Shown: piece by piece, positions 1 through 10,323 of the stretch
Layout of the letters: every line of letters begins with the position of its first letter
How positions within the stretch are numbered: the first letter of the stretch is position 1
Source: Pseudomonadota bacterium
GTDB taxonomy: Bacteria; Bdellovibrionota_B; Oligoflexia; Silvanigrellales; Silvanigrellaceae
Assembly: GCA_039799905.1 (NCBI GenBank)
Contig: JBDLRP010000044.1
Span: 1 to 37,984 of the forward strand
Direction: 5' to 3'
Length of the DNA stretch: 37,984 bases
Program-made: the position numbers and the translations under genes
The notes under the pieces: model-generated
What the model was told of the DNA's origin: nothing
Database searches by the model: none
What the model saw: the letters and a program-made list of their open reading frames with translations, nothing else

Positions 1-1517
1 AAATGACGGTCGTGGCTCACGACAATGACAGTACCTTCGAAATCCTTCAACGCGTCGGTGAGAATCTCTCGGGAGCGAATGTCGAGGTGGTTGGTCGGTT
101 CGTCGAGGATGATGAAGTTGACCGGCCTTATTAAAATACAAGCCAATACAACTCTGCTCTTCTCTCCGCCTGAGAGAACCGAAATCTTCTTGTTGACCTC
201 GTCATCCGAAAATAAAAATGCACCCAGCAATGTCTTGAGTGTTCCAATCGAGGCGTTCGGCGCCACAGATTGAAGCTGCTCGAGAATGGTCCACTGCGGC
301 TTGAGCACGTCGAGTGCATGCTGGCTAAAATATCCGACTTCGAGGCTCGCTCCTAATGAACAGGCGCCTTCGCTTGGGTCGGTTTGTCCGGCGATGATCT
401 TCAAAAGCGTGCTTTTTCCTGCACCGTTGATTCCAACCAAGGCGATTTTATCGAGACGCTTGACGAGGCCGGTGACACCCGAGAAAACCCGTTTGGAGCG
501 TCCGTCACCTGACTGCCATTCTTTGCCGAGGGCGGCCATTTTGACCACATCATCACCGCTGCGCGGTGGTTTGTTGAACTGGAATTTAACCGATTTTTCT
601 TCGGCCGGAATCTCGATGCGGTCGATCTTCTCGAGTTTTTTGACCCGGCTCTGCACCTGTGCAGCGTGGCTTGCGCGCGCTGCAAACTTGGCAATGAATT
701 CTTCTTCCTTGGAGAGCATTTCCTGTTGACGCTTGAAGGATGCGAGCAATTGCTCTTTGCGAATCTCGCGCTCTTTTTCGTAGAAGTCGTAGTTGCCTGA
801 ATAGCTCGTGATCGAGCCGTTCGCGATTTCAACGATCTTGTTGACAACCCGGTTCATGAATGTGCGGTCATGGCTGGTCATGATGAGGATGCCCTTGTAG
901 CTGAGCAGCCATTCCTCAAGCCACATGATCGACTCGAGGTCGAGGTGGTTGGTCGGTTCGTCCATCAGCAACGCGTCGGGCTTGAGGAGTAGAATCCGCG
1001 CGAGTGCGATGCGCATTTTCCAGCCACCGCTGAAGTGCTCTACCGAGCGGTTGAAATCATCTGGGGTGAAGCCAAGTCCGCTGAGAATTTCCTGCGCACG
1101 GACGTCGAGGTCATAGCCGCCGCGTGTTTCGAACGTCGCCTGAGCATCGCCATATGCTTCCAGAAGTGACGCCATTTCGTCGTCGCTCATGGGTTCTGCA
1201 AGGCGATTTTCCATTTCTGCAATCGAGATTTTGAGCTGAGCAAGATCTTCAACGCCCGCCATCGTTTCCTCAAGCACCGAGCGGCCGTGCATTTCGCCGA
1301 CATCTTGAGAGAAGTACCCGAGCGTCAGAGAATTGGGGCGAATCAACTGTCCGCCGTCGGCGGTGTCTTGTCCGGTGAGCAGACGAAAAATCGTTGTTTT
1401 GCCTGCGCCGTTGGGGCCCACGAGGCCGATCCGCTCACCTGCCTGAGCCTGAAAGCTCGCATTTGAATAAAGTGTGCGTCCACCCTGATTTTTCGTGACG
1501 TTTGATAATCCCAGCAC
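1..1517 (-). CDS. ABC-F family ATP-binding protein (two ABC domains), 3' end outside the window
   Basis: Not in the ORF track because there is no stop in the window. Manual translation from GTG at 1517: MLGLSNVTKNQGGRTLYSNASFQAQAGERIGLVGPNGAGKTT, FSGGWKMRIALA, LLMDEPTNHLD, second Walker A GINGAGKST, LSGGEKSRV, ILDEPTNHLD, VSHDRHF at the edge. No TM segments seen. Confidence 0.92.
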   Translation of the reverse strand, partial: MLGLSNVTKNQGGRTLYSNASFQAQAGERIGLVGPNGAGKTTIFRLLTGQDTADGGQLIRPNSLTLGYFSQDVGEMHGRSVLEETMAGVEDLAQLKISIAEMENRLAEPMSDDEMASLLEAYGDAQATFETRGGYDLDVRAQEILSGLGFTPDDFNRSVEHFSGGWKMRIALARILLLKPDALLMDEPTNHLDLESIMWLEEWLLSYKGILIMTSHDRTFMNRVVNKIVEIANGSITSYSGNYDFYEKEREIRKEQLLASFKRQQEMLSKEEEFIAKFAARASHAAQVQSRVKKLEKIDRIEIPAEEKSVKFQFNKPPRSGDDVVKMAALGKEWQSGDGRSKRVFSGVTGLVKRLDKIALVGINGAGKSTLLKIIAGQTDPSEGACSLGASLEVGYFSQHALDVLKPQWTILEQLQSVAPNASIGTLKTLLGAFLFSDDEVNKKISVLSGGEKSRVVLACILIRPVNFIILDEPTNHLDIRSREILTDALKDFEGTVIVVSHDRH

Positions 1518-1584
1518 TGCACAAATCCCCACTAATGGTGTTGGGTGGCGTTATTGTTTTTTTTCAGCTGATGGTCAACGGTTG

Positions 1585-2397
1585 TCAGAATTTTTTGAGA
1601 AATTCCGGAACCTTTTCGCTGGCTAGTCCGCGCAGATGTTCGTGAAAAGTTTGTGCGTTTTCGGGTGGCTCGAGGTTGATGCAGACGGTGTGGGCTCCCG
1701 CCTTGCGCGCCACGGCTGCAAAACCGGCTGCCGGATACACATTGCCGCTGGTTCCGATGGAAACAAAAAGGTCGCACTGTGTGAGGTGTGTGATCGCGTT
1801 TTCGACACCGTGTGGCTTTTCCCCGAACCAGACAATATCTGGCCTCAGCAGATCGGAGCAGCACGGTGACAGTGGGAGTCCCTGCGCATTGCGCCGCGGT
1901 ATGGTGAGCAGACACTGCAGACTTGCATTCGACCACAGGTTGTCGGCATGCCGCTCAACGGGTTTGCCCTCGGCATCAAAATACGACCAGCGATCGGAAA
2001 AGACTCTGTCACATTTGATGCAGCGCGAGCGCGAGAGTGTGCCGTGGATGTCGAGAAAATTTTTGCTGGGAAGTGCACCGAAGGCACGTTCGTGCAAAGT
2101 GTCGACATTTTGTGTGATGAGCATTGCCCGCGATGAACCGCTCTGATCGATCGCATGCAAGATGTCGGCCAGTGCCGTGTGTGCCTTGTTCGGCTGCACT
2201 TCGCTCGATTGCATGCGGCGAACAGAGTAAAATTTCCAGACCAAGGTCGGATCACGCTTGAAACCCTGCGGACTCGCAACTTCATCGACTTTATGATTTT
2301 CCCAAAGTCCTTGTGAGTCTCTGAAGGTACGCACGCCGCTTTCCGCAGATATTCCCGCTCCTGTCAGAAATACGATGCGCTTGTATCTGAATTCCAT
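1585..2397 (-). CDS. cobB: NAD-dependent protein deacylase, sirtuin class III
   Basis: Motifs GAGISAESG, TFRD, TQNVD, IHG, RPDIVWFGE, GTSGNVYPAA, INLEP; YxxR (FYSVRR) acyl-specificity motif. Confidence 0.93.
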   Translation of the reverse strand: MEFRYKRIVFLTGAGISAESGVRTFRDSQGLWENHKVDEVASPQGFKRDPTLVWKFYSVRRMQSSEVQPNKAHTALADILHAIDQSGSSRAMLITQNVDTLHERAFGALPSKNFLDIHGTLSRSRCIKCDRVFSDRWSYFDAEGKPVERHADNLWSNASLQCLLTIPRRNAQGLPLSPCCSDLLRPDIVWFGEKPHGVENAITHLTQCDLFVSIGTSGNVYPAAGFAAVARKAGAHTVCINLEPPENAQTFHEHLRGLASEKVPEFLKKF

Positions 2398-2565
2398 GAA
2401 GCGGCTTCCTCCGTGCGGTGACTTTCGATATTTTCACAACGGCGGATGTTTTCAACTCATCAAGCGAGTGTGTGCCGAACGATCGATTGTTTTGTGACAC
2501 CTTCTGCGGAGTTTATTTATCGACATGAATCCGGCATTGACTTCAACTTTGATTCTCAGCTCCGG

Positions 2566-2709
2566 GTGATTGCTGAGTTTTTTACACTTCTGTCGTTCAT
2601 CGGATTTTCAGTGTTTAATCTGCGCGAGCCGATGTCGGTCATTTTTATTGTCAGTTTTGCACTGATTTTTGCAGCGGTTTACTTCGCCTTTTGGGGACCG
2701 TTCAAATGA
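2566..2709 (+). CDS. possible small membrane protein (47 aa from GTG 2566 or 25 aa from ATG 2632)
   Basis: Intergenic frame ending in the very hydrophobic MSVIFIVSFALIFAAVYFAFWGPFK; only a weak RBS. Confidence 0.25.
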   Translation: MIAEFFTLLSFIGFSVFNLREPMSVIFIVSFALIFAAVYFAFWGPFK

Positions 2710-2737
2710 CTCGGATGAAAACTGCTGTGAGTCGTCG

Positions 2738-3148
2738 TCAGTCGCGGCAGCCGAGGGCTTCTCTGTGCTCGAACGTCTGCTCAATCAGTTTTTCAATCAG
2801 CAGCAGCTCGTGCGACATCGTCGTACGGATGAGCAGAATGCGTTCGTCATAGATCGCCTGACATGCGTGTTCGATGTGCGTGTTTTCAATTGCCGGTGAG
2901 CTGACAGCCCGTGCGCTCTGAAGTTTTTGCAAGGCAAAGTCGACACGGCCTCTCACGGCGCGCGCCCATGTGTCGTCGATGAGCGATAATTGTCGCGATT
3001 GTTCGCGCAATTCCGACTCAATCCGCGGCAGTGTTGTGTCGCTCCAGTCTGCCTTTGCGAGCGCTGCCATTCCGCTCAAAATAAAGACGCCCACAGCGAG
3101 AAACAAAGTTTTTTTGGGACGGGATTTGTTCACCGAAAAACTGCGCAT
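2738..3148 (-). CDS. hypothetical secreted helical protein
   Basis: GGAGG precedes ATG 3148; basic N-terminus, hydrophobic stretch and AKA signal-peptide-like cleavage site; no family recognised. Confidence 0.6.
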   Translation of the reverse strand: MRSFSVNKSRPKKTLFLAVGVFILSGMAALAKADWSDTTLPRIESELREQSRQLSLIDDTWARAVRGRVDFALQKLQSARAVSSPAIENTHIEHACQAIYDERILLIRTTMSHELLLIEKLIEQTFEHREALGCRD

Positions 3149-3416
3149 GAGTTGGCCTCCATATCGAGCACTTCTGCACCGCAAGCGTTATTTGCGGGCA
3201 AATTCTTCGATGACGTCGCTATGGCAATTTGGATGGGCCTGCAAGTGTGAGTGTTTGGACAATGTTTATTCCTTAGACAGATTTCCTCAGCCGCTGCATT
3301 TCTGCGTTTTAAACATAAAAATGGCGCCTGTTGCCCTCTTCGAGCCTGCACGGGTAAACTCAAAAGTCCCGACCGGCAGAATGGCTTGGCAAACAGCATT
3401 GTGAAGGAGTCATCCC

Positions 3417-4226
3417 TTGAGTTCGTCGCGTCCTGTCTTATCGATGCCTTGGATACCGAGCACATTCGGGCGTGTCATCGTGGTTTCTCCGCACATGGAC
3501 GATGCAATTTTGAGTTGCGGGGGACTTCTCAAACAGCTTCTGGGCCAGGTGGAATGCCTGACTGTGACCGTTTGTACGGCCGATCCGGTGGACGTGGACA
3601 CGCAAAATCCGCCGCACGGAATCGCTCTGCCTTCATTGCGCAGAAACGAAGAAGTCGCAGCGCTCGCAGCCCTTGGCTGTCCTCTGGTCCAGTTGGATTT
3701 GTTGGATGCAATCTACCGGACCGATGCAGCGCGCAATTTGCCCATCTACCCTACGATGCAGTCGATATGGACGATGCCCCTGCAACAAGACGAACCGCAC
3801 TGGCAAGCTCTGCGCAACCGCCTGCTCACCCTTGCGGGACAGTCTTCCGACGGTCCGACGTTGTTTTTGTCGCCACTCGGAATCGGTCATCATATCGATC
3901 ACATTCTGTGCACACAGGTGGTTTTGTCGATTGCCCAATCGCAAGATCATGTTCTCCTGTATGAAGACTTTCCTTACGTGGTTGATCAGGGCTCACACGT
4001 CGGAATAGCCGACGATGCCGAGAAAGCATTGCGCCGGCTGGGTATCCGCGGCGTGCAGCGCTTCGAGCAGGAATGTGATGTCGATGAAAAGATCGCCTGG
4101 ATTCTGCATTACGAATCGCAGATAGACACGATCTTTGGCAGTCACGACAACGTCCGTCCGATGCTGCTGAAGAATTCCCATCATGGACGCACTCTGGAAC
4201 GCTTTTGGCGGATCCAAAAAAACTGA
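3417..4226 (+). CDS. PIG-L/LmbE family deacetylase
   Basis: SPHMDDAILSCGG (HxDD metal motif), RRNEE, PLGIGHHIDH, LYEDFPY, YESQ; start may be ATG 3444. Confidence 0.88.
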   Translation: MSSSRPVLSMPWIPSTFGRVIVVSPHMDDAILSCGGLLKQLLGQVECLTVTVCTADPVDVDTQNPPHGIALPSLRRNEEVAALAALGCPLVQLDLLDAIYRTDAARNLPIYPTMQSIWTMPLQQDEPHWQALRNRLLTLAGQSSDGPTLFLSPLGIGHHIDHILCTQVVLSIAQSQDHVLLYEDFPYVVDQGSHVGIADDAEKALRRLGIRGVQRFEQECDVDEKIAWILHYESQIDTIFGSHDNVRPMLLKNSHHGRTLERFWRIQKN

Positions 4227-4257
4227 TCCGAACACCTTTTGCCATTCAGGATGAATT

Positions 4258-5319
4258 ATGACCCAGTCGCACATGCTCAGTGAGGTTTCAGAACAACCGC
4301 GCATCATGCGCAGACAGGCAGAGGCTTGGAAAAACAGAGCCGCTCAATTGCGTGAGTTGCTGCTCACACGTCGGCAAATCATTCTTGTCGGCCGTGGCAG
4401 TTCGGGCAACGCGGCACTTTATTTTACGTATCTTTGGGCTACCACATCGGGACGCCAGCCGTTGGATTTTCGATTGTGGGTTGCGCAGGACGGAAACTCT
4501 GCAGGCGATTATTCCGATTGCGGTGTGATTGCCTATTCCGCATCCGGACAAAGCACCGATGTGGTGAGGGCGTGTGCGTGGCTCAAACAGCGCGGAGCTG
4601 TTGTGGTCGGTGTGACGGCGGCGGCAGATGCGGGCTGCAGGCTGGGAACGGTGTGCGATGAATTGTTTCTTCTCAATTGCGGTATCGAAAAAGCGGTCCC
4701 GGCGACGAAGAGCTTTATGAGTCAAATGGCCGCATCGGCTGCACTTTCGGGCTTGCCATTGCACGAACGGGCGGGAGCCATTGCCACGAGTATTGAAAAG
4801 ACGATTGTTAGTCCGGCGAGCAATCAGTTGGCTCAGTTCATCAGCGGTGCACGCACTGTGATCATGCTTGGGCGCGGACATCTGCTTGGCGCCGTGCACG
4901 ATGCGGCGCTGAAATTGCAGGAAACAACCGGCCTGGCGTCGTTCGCATATTCAACAGCGGAATTTTTTCATGGGCCGCTCGGCTGTGTTTCGGAGTCCGA
5001 TCGCGCGATTATTTTTGCTTCGGGCGATACTGATTTGGAGCAGCGCCTGCTCATCAGTCTTGCTGAACGCGGTGTTCCTGTGCGGCTCGTGGTTCGCGGA
5101 GTTGCGGCGAACAACCCCTCGGTTGCCTTCTCGCAGCTGTTTGCTGAACGGGGCATGGGAGGGTTGTTTGAGGTCATCGAATTGCCCACCACCGGTAACG
5201 ACTGGTCCGATGTTTTTGCGCTGATCGCCTTGGCTCAGATGACTTGTTTGTCGTTGTGCGGACAAATGGGCCGCAGTCCGGATGCGCCACCTTTGCTTAA
5301 AAAAGTTACAGAAACCTGA
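4258..5319 (+). CDS. double-SIS-domain sugar-phosphate isomerase/deaminase (GlmS C-terminal-like, NagB-II/AgaS type)
   Basis: GRGSSGNA, SASGQSTD, EKAVPATKSF, ALKLQET, EFFHGP, C-terminal PDAPPLLKKVTET; no glutaminase domain. Confidence 0.87.
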   Translation: MTQSHMLSEVSEQPRIMRRQAEAWKNRAAQLRELLLTRRQIILVGRGSSGNAALYFTYLWATTSGRQPLDFRLWVAQDGNSAGDYSDCGVIAYSASGQSTDVVRACAWLKQRGAVVVGVTAAADAGCRLGTVCDELFLLNCGIEKAVPATKSFMSQMAASAALSGLPLHERAGAIATSIEKTIVSPASNQLAQFISGARTVIMLGRGHLLGAVHDAALKLQETTGLASFAYSTAEFFHGPLGCVSESDRAIIFASGDTDLEQRLLISLAERGVPVRLVVRGVAANNPSVAFSQLFAERGMGGLFEVIELPTTGNDWSDVFALIALAQMTCLSLCGQMGRSPDAPPLLKKVTET

Positions 5320-5472
5320 AAGTCCAAGTATTCTTTGCACATGATCAGGATCATGTCCGCGTATCGTATGTTGCAGGTTCCTTGTTAGATGTAGATCTGA
5401 CCTTTATTGTTGGCACGCTGGTAAACTGAGGTGTCGCCGAGAAGAGAAGTGCTGCAGCAAGCGGAGAACAAC

Positions 5473-7341
5473 ATGACCAATAAACACGCAATTCAATTTC
5501 CTAACGAAGTCAGCCATCCGGATATCCGCGCCTGGATTCAGAGCGTGGTGGACCTGTGTGAACCTTCTGATATTCATTTTTGCGACGGCAGCAGTGAAGA
5601 GTTCGACAACCTGTGTGCCCGCATGGTCAAGCAGGGAACTCTCAAACCACTCAATCAGAAGCTGCGCCCCAATAGCTACCTTGCATTATCCGATCCGAAT
5701 GACGTCGCGCGCGTCGAAGACCGCACTTTTATTTGCAGCCTCAGAAAACAAGACGCCGGTCCGACCAACAACTGGGTTGACCCAAGTGAAATGAAAAAAA
5801 CCCTCGCTGGTTTATTCAAGGGTTGTATGAAGGGCCGCACTCTGTATGTGATTCCCTTCAGTATGGGGCCTGTGGGCTCTCGCCTGAGCAAGGTCGGCAT
5901 TGAACTTTCTGACTCACCCTACGTTGCGGTCAGCATGCGCACGATGACCCGCATGGGCCGTCCGGTCTGGAAGATTTTGGCACAAGGCGGTGAATTCGTC
6001 CGTTGTGTTCACAGCGTCGGTGCACCGTTGACACAGGGCCAGAAAGACGTCGCGTGGCCTTGCAACAAGGACACAAAGTACATCGTTCATTACCCGGAAG
6101 AGCGCTCCATATGGTCGTTTGGCAGCGGCTACGGGGGCAACGCATTGCTTGGTAAAAAGTGTTTTGCGTTGCGCATTGCCTCGGCCATGGGACGCGACCA
6201 AGGCTGGCTTGCCGAGCATATGCTCATCTTGAGAGTCGAAGCTCCTGACGGAGAAAAAACCTACATCACTGCCGCGTTCCCAAGCGCCTGCGGCAAGACA
6301 AACCTCGCGATGCTGATTCCGCCGAAGGAGTTGCAGGGCTGGAAGATCACGACACTTGGAGATGATATTGCATGGCTGCGCCCGGGTGAGGATGGTCGGT
6401 TGTACGCAATCAACCCCGAAGCCGGCTTTTTTGGTGTTGCTCCCGGCACCTCGATGAAAACCAATCCCAATGCGATGAAGACAATTGAGTCCAACACCAT
6501 CTTCACCAACGTTGCGCTCACGCCCGAAGGAGATGTCTGGTGGGAGGGCATGACAGACACGCCGCCGCCACAACTGACCGACTGGCAGGGGCAAGCGTGG
6601 ACACCCGACTGTGGTCGCAAGGCTGCACACCCCAATGCACGTTTCACTGCACCGGCCGGACAGTGCCCCGTTATCGACCCCGACTGGGAGAGCCCCGCGG
6701 GCGTTCCGATCAGCGCGATTGTCTTCGGCGGACGCCGTGCGACGACACTTCCGCTTGTCGTTCAGTCTTTTAATTGGAATTTTGGTGTTTATCTGGCAGC
6801 CACCATCGGCTCGGAAACCACCGCCGCAGCTGCTGGAAAGGTCGGCGAAGTGCGCCGCGATCCTTTCGCAATGCTGCCTTTCTGCGGCTACAACATGGGC
6901 GAGTACTTCAATCACTGGCTGCAGGTAGGCCGCGGTCTTTCCAATCCGCCGCGTATCTTTTGCGTCAATTGGTTCCGCAAGGACGACAACGGAAAATTTC
7001 TTTGGCCGGGCTTCGGCGAGAACATGCGTGTTTTGAAATGGGTCGTCGAAAGAGTGCAGGGCAAGACATCAGCCATCGAAAGTCCGCTCGGCTGGATGCC
7101 GCAATTTTCAGACTTGGACTGGCGAGGGCTCGATTTCACTGCAAAGCAGTTCAACAACATTATGACGATCGATCGTGAAGAGTGGAAAACCGAGATGCTC
7201 GGCCATGAGGAGTTTTTCCATAAACTCTACGATCACCTGCCGCGTGAATTCGGTCATATGCGTGAACTTCTCTTGTCCAGCCTTTGGCGTTCACCCGAGC
7301 GCTGGGAGATGCTGACAGAACGCCACGCCGAGGAAAATTGA
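5473..7341 (+). CDS. pckG: phosphoenolpyruvate carboxykinase (GTP)
   Basis: [65 protein letters not shown] before ATG 5473. Confidence 0.97.
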   Translation: MTNKHAIQFPNEVSHPDIRAWIQSVVDLCEPSDIHFCDGSSEEFDNLCARMVKQGTLKPLNQKLRPNSYLALSDPNDVARVEDRTFICSLRKQDAGPTNNWVDPSEMKKTLAGLFKGCMKGRTLYVIPFSMGPVGSRLSKVGIELSDSPYVAVSMRTMTRMGRPVWKILAQGGEFVRCVHSVGAPLTQGQKDVAWPCNKDTKYIVHYPEERSIWSFGSGYGGNALLGKKCFALRIASAMGRDQGWLAEHMLILRVEAPDGEKTYITAAFPSACGKTNLAMLIPPKELQGWKITTLGDDIAWLRPGEDGRLYAINPEAGFFGVAPGTSMKTNPNAMKTIESNTIFTNVALTPEGDVWWEGMTDTPPPQLTDWQGQAWTPDCGRKAAHPNARFTAPAGQCPVIDPDWESPAGVPISAIVFGGRRATTLPLVVQSFNWNFGVYLAATIGSETTAAAAGKVGEVRRDPFAMLPFCGYNMGEYFNHWLQVGRGLSNPPRIFCVNWFRKDDNGKFLWPGFGENMRVLKWVVERVQGKTSAIESPLGWMPQFSDLDWRGLDFTAKQFNNIMTIDREEWKTEMLGHEEFFHKLYDHLPREFGHMRELLLSSLWRSPERWEMLTERHAEEN

Positions 7342-7342
7342 T

Positions 7343-7882
7343 TCACGCAGCGTTGTATTTTTGCATTTCGCCCAGCAGTTCCAAAAAGAATTGCTGGGTG
7401 ATTGGTTTGAACGAGCAACCACTGGCCCGCAAAGATGCATTGAATGCGGCGGCGGACTCGCTGTCCATCAGTTCACAATGCAGCTGATAGGAACACATCA
7501 GTGCATTGTTGGAAGTTCTGACCGAGAGAAGCCCAATGCGGATCTGTTCATCAAGAAACAGGTGTTCAGGCGTTCCCAAAAAACCGTACCAGCTGGTGAA
7601 GTTATTGAAGGTCTCTGGTTGGCGTGCCGCTTCGCCTGCCCACGTGTCGGCATGCAGGGCAATTTGCGGGAGCTTGCGCAGCCCGCTGGCCGACAGATCA
7701 AGCACCGCCGACCAGTTGATCTTGTTCTCAATCAGTTCATCTGAAATGTGTCGAGGGTGGAGCTGTCGCAGTACGTTGAGACCAGCCGCATGAAGGAGCG
7801 CCCAGCGTGTGCCAATCGCATCATCCAGACGGGCTTTCTCCAAGATTTGCAGCGCCCTGACAGACGCCCTGAAACAATCCAT
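7343..7882 (-). CDS. hypothetical protein
   Basis: 179-aa ORF filling the gap between pckG and the M48 gene; GGGAG upstream of the ATG; no motif recognised. Confidence 0.55.
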   Translation of the reverse strand: MDCFRASVRALQILEKARLDDAIGTRWALLHAAGLNVLRQLHPRHISDELIENKINWSAVLDLSASGLRKLPQIALHADTWAGEAARQPETFNNFTSWYGFLGTPEHLFLDEQIRIGLLSVRTSNNALMCSYQLHCELMDSESAAAFNASLRASGCSFKPITQQFFLELLGEMQKYNAA

Positions 7883-8056
7883 GTTTCTTAGCTCCCGATA
7901 AAAATCAGCCGATCCGGTTGGTTGAGACCATATACCAGATCTGCCGTCCGCTGATTATGGCCAGTCGTTTCTTTTTTGGAAGTGTTTGGTGTCTTTGAAA
8001 TGGGCTTGACTTGTCATACAGCTGACCCATGCACCGCTCTGGGAAGCCCTCATCTT

Positions 8057-8980
8057 ATGCGTCTGGCTGATATTCTCGTATTTCCATGCATTCTGCTGAG
8101 CACTGCCTGCTCTGGCGCAGGAGAGTCTGACTCGCGTATCCAGCACGTTTGGGGGCAAACGCGTCGTGGTGAGCTGCCCATGCGCTCGTCCCGCGTTTGT
8201 GAATCGATTTTTTCCGGCAGTACAGCGGCTATGCGTCTGCAGCAATTGGCCTCGCGCATTGCAGAGGCAAACCCGCAAACATTTTATGGTGAGCTCGATT
8301 CAGCACATCTGTGCATCGGTATTGATACGGCGTTGAAGGGTGCGGATGCACGCAGCACACCAGAACAGCTGCGCGTTGCTTTTTCATCGGGCCTCGTGGA
8401 TCTCGCGCAAAACGATGGCCAGCTTGCCGCCGTCTTGAGCCATGAGCTGGCTCATTTGAGTTTGCAGCATAGAGGATTTGCCGAGACTCCACCGGTGCTG
8501 GGCAGCGACTCGAACTTTACGCAATTGCAGTCAGAGGGACGTGACGTTCAGGCCGAAATTGTCCGCTTGGCATTAGCCAAGGCAGATCCGCAGCAGATTT
8601 TTGCGCTGAACGACAAGTTTGCCGATGTCCTGCGGCGCATGAACGTCCGCATCGATGAAGTGTATGGTGAGAAAAACGCGCACATGAATTGGATTGAGCA
8701 GGAAGCAGACGACGTCGGAGCTGAATTTTTTCTGCGCGCGGGTTTTAATCCAGAAGACTACATTGAAATACTTTGGCGGAGTGCCCGCGGCCAAAGAGGC
8801 GAAACCCGTGATGAGTGTGAGGCTCTGATAAAAGCACACCGCAAGCAGGATCTGCCGACGCCACGGCCCGAACGGGGAGCTGCCGCACACCCGACCACTT
8901 GCTGGCGTGTTTTTCATCTGACGCTCGACGAATGGACTCATGCACACAGCGCTGAAATTGGTACAATCGTTCCCAGATAA
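8057..8980 (+). CDS. M48 family metallopeptidase, probable lipoprotein
   Basis: LAAVLSHELAH (HExxH), EQEADDVG, late HP motif; lipobox-like LSTAC after ATG 8057. Confidence 0.85.
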   Translation: MRLADILVFPCILLSTACSGAGESDSRIQHVWGQTRRGELPMRSSRVCESIFSGSTAAMRLQQLASRIAEANPQTFYGELDSAHLCIGIDTALKGADARSTPEQLRVAFSSGLVDLAQNDGQLAAVLSHELAHLSLQHRGFAETPPVLGSDSNFTQLQSEGRDVQAEIVRLALAKADPQQIFALNDKFADVLRRMNVRIDEVYGEKNAHMNWIEQEADDVGAEFFLRAGFNPEDYIEILWRSARGQRGETRDECEALIKAHRKQDLPTPRPERGAAAHPTTCWRVFHLTLDEWTHAHSAEIGTIVPR

Positions 8981-8997
8981 ACTTCTTGGGGTCGAAA

Positions 8998-10323
8998 ATG
9001 CGTGTGGCGGTGATTGGCGGCGGTTTTACCGGACTCGCCTGTGCAAGTGTTCTTGCACAGCGCGGCGTTGAGGTCGTCCTCTACGAAAAAAATGAAAAAC
9101 TCGGAGGCCTCGCAGCCGGATTCCGCGAGATGACGTGGAGCTCCTCGCTGGAGATCTTCTACCACCACTGGTTTCGCAGTGATAAGCACGTTTTCAAATT
9201 CAGCAAACTCTGGAATAGTCTCGACGGACTGCAGTTCCGTCGACCGTCCACTGTCATTCAAATCGACTCGGGTGAATTCGTACAGCTTGATTCTGCCCGA
9301 TCGCTTTTGCAGTATCCTGATTTGAATCTGGCCGACAAGTTGCGCATGGGCGCCGCACTTGCATTCCTCAAGTTTATTGCACACTGGAAGAAGCTGGAAA
9401 AATTCACCGCTGAGGAGTGGTGTTCACGCTACATGGGCGAAGACGGCTACGAGAAGATCTGGAAGCCGCTGCTCGTCGGAAAATTCGGTGAGCATCACGC
9501 TTCACAGGTCAACATGGCGTGGCTGTGGGCGCGACTCAAATGCAGAACACCTGAGCTTGGCACTTTTCGCGGCGGCTTTGATGAATTCGTTGCCAAGGCG
9601 GAACAATTCCTGCTCAGTCAGGGCGTACGAGTGCTGAAAAATGCGCAAAAAATCAATGTCGAGCGCACACGTGACGGCTGGACGGTTGCGGCACTGAGTC
9701 ATGGTATTCAGGAGCACGATGCCGTTGTTGTGGCTGCCTCACCGCGTACATTTGCATCGCTCGTAGGTCAGTATGCACCTGAGCACGTCAAATCAACACT
9801 CGGTCAGCCCGCCTTGGGAGTGCAGGTCATCATACTTGCGCTCAATCAGAGGCTCGGAAAGCATTACTGGTACAGTCTAAAACGCAATCCACCGTTTCAG
9901 CCGTTTTTGGCAGCCATTGAACATACAAATTTCGCTGATGCTAAAGAGTATGACAACGAGACTCTCGTCTACTTCGCAAAATACGTTCCCACTGGAAGTG
10001 AGGAATGGAAACAAACTGACGAGCAGTTGGTTGATTTGGCTCTGCAAGGCTGCAGGCTGATCAACGCCCAATTCTCGGACGAGTGGCTCATCCGCAGCAG
10101 GGTGTTTCGTGAAGAATACGCTCAGCCAATAATGGGGCTCAATGCTTCACGGTTTGTACCATCTGTTCATGTACACGGCGTGTCGCGGCTCTTTCACGCC
10201 AGTATGGCGCACGTGTATCCGTGGGACCGAGGTACAAATTATGCACTCGAGCTAGGAGAGCGGGTTGCGGAAGACGTGCTCAGGAGCTTGCCCGCGAAGC
10301 CGGGCGCGCGCGTATGGAAATGA
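8998..10323 (+). CDS. NAD(P)/FAD-dependent oxidoreductase (protoporphyrinogen/amine-oxidase-like family)
   Basis: MRVAVIGGGFTGL dinucleotide fold, EKNEKLGGLA, FYHHWF, YAQP, YPWDRGTNYA. Confidence 0.85.
   Translation: MRVAVIGGGFTGLACASVLAQRGVEVVLYEKNEKLGGLAAGFREMTWSSSLEIFYHHWFRSDKHVFKFSKLWNSLDGLQFRRPSTVIQIDSGEFVQLDSARSLLQYPDLNLADKLRMGAALAFLKFIAHWKKLEKFTAEEWCSRYMGEDGYEKIWKPLLVGKFGEHHASQVNMAWLWARLKCRTPELGTFRGGFDEFVAKAEQFLLSQGVRVLKNAQKINVERTRDGWTVAALSHGIQEHDAVVVAASPRTFASLVGQYAPEHVKSTLGQPALGVQVIILALNQRLGKHYWYSLKRNPPFQPFLAAIEHTNFADAKEYDNETLVYFAKYVPTGSEEWKQTDEQLVDLALQGCRLINAQFSDEWLIRSRVFREEYAQPIMGLNASRFVPSVHVHGVSRLFHASMAHVYPWDRGTNYALELGERVAEDVLRSLPAKPGARVWK

Noticed and set aside
25..1116. Several short ORFs on both strands, and other long shadow ORFs such as 5914-6915 and 31748-32479
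   Set aside because: They are antisense or off-frame shadows of well-supported genes (ABC-F, pckG, S8 protease)
1585..2397. Sir2 protein as an anti-phage defence effector (Thoeris/DSR-like) or a Sir2-macrodomain pair
   Set aside because: It has canonical CobB motifs and housekeeping neighbours, and the macrodomain gene is 30 kb away
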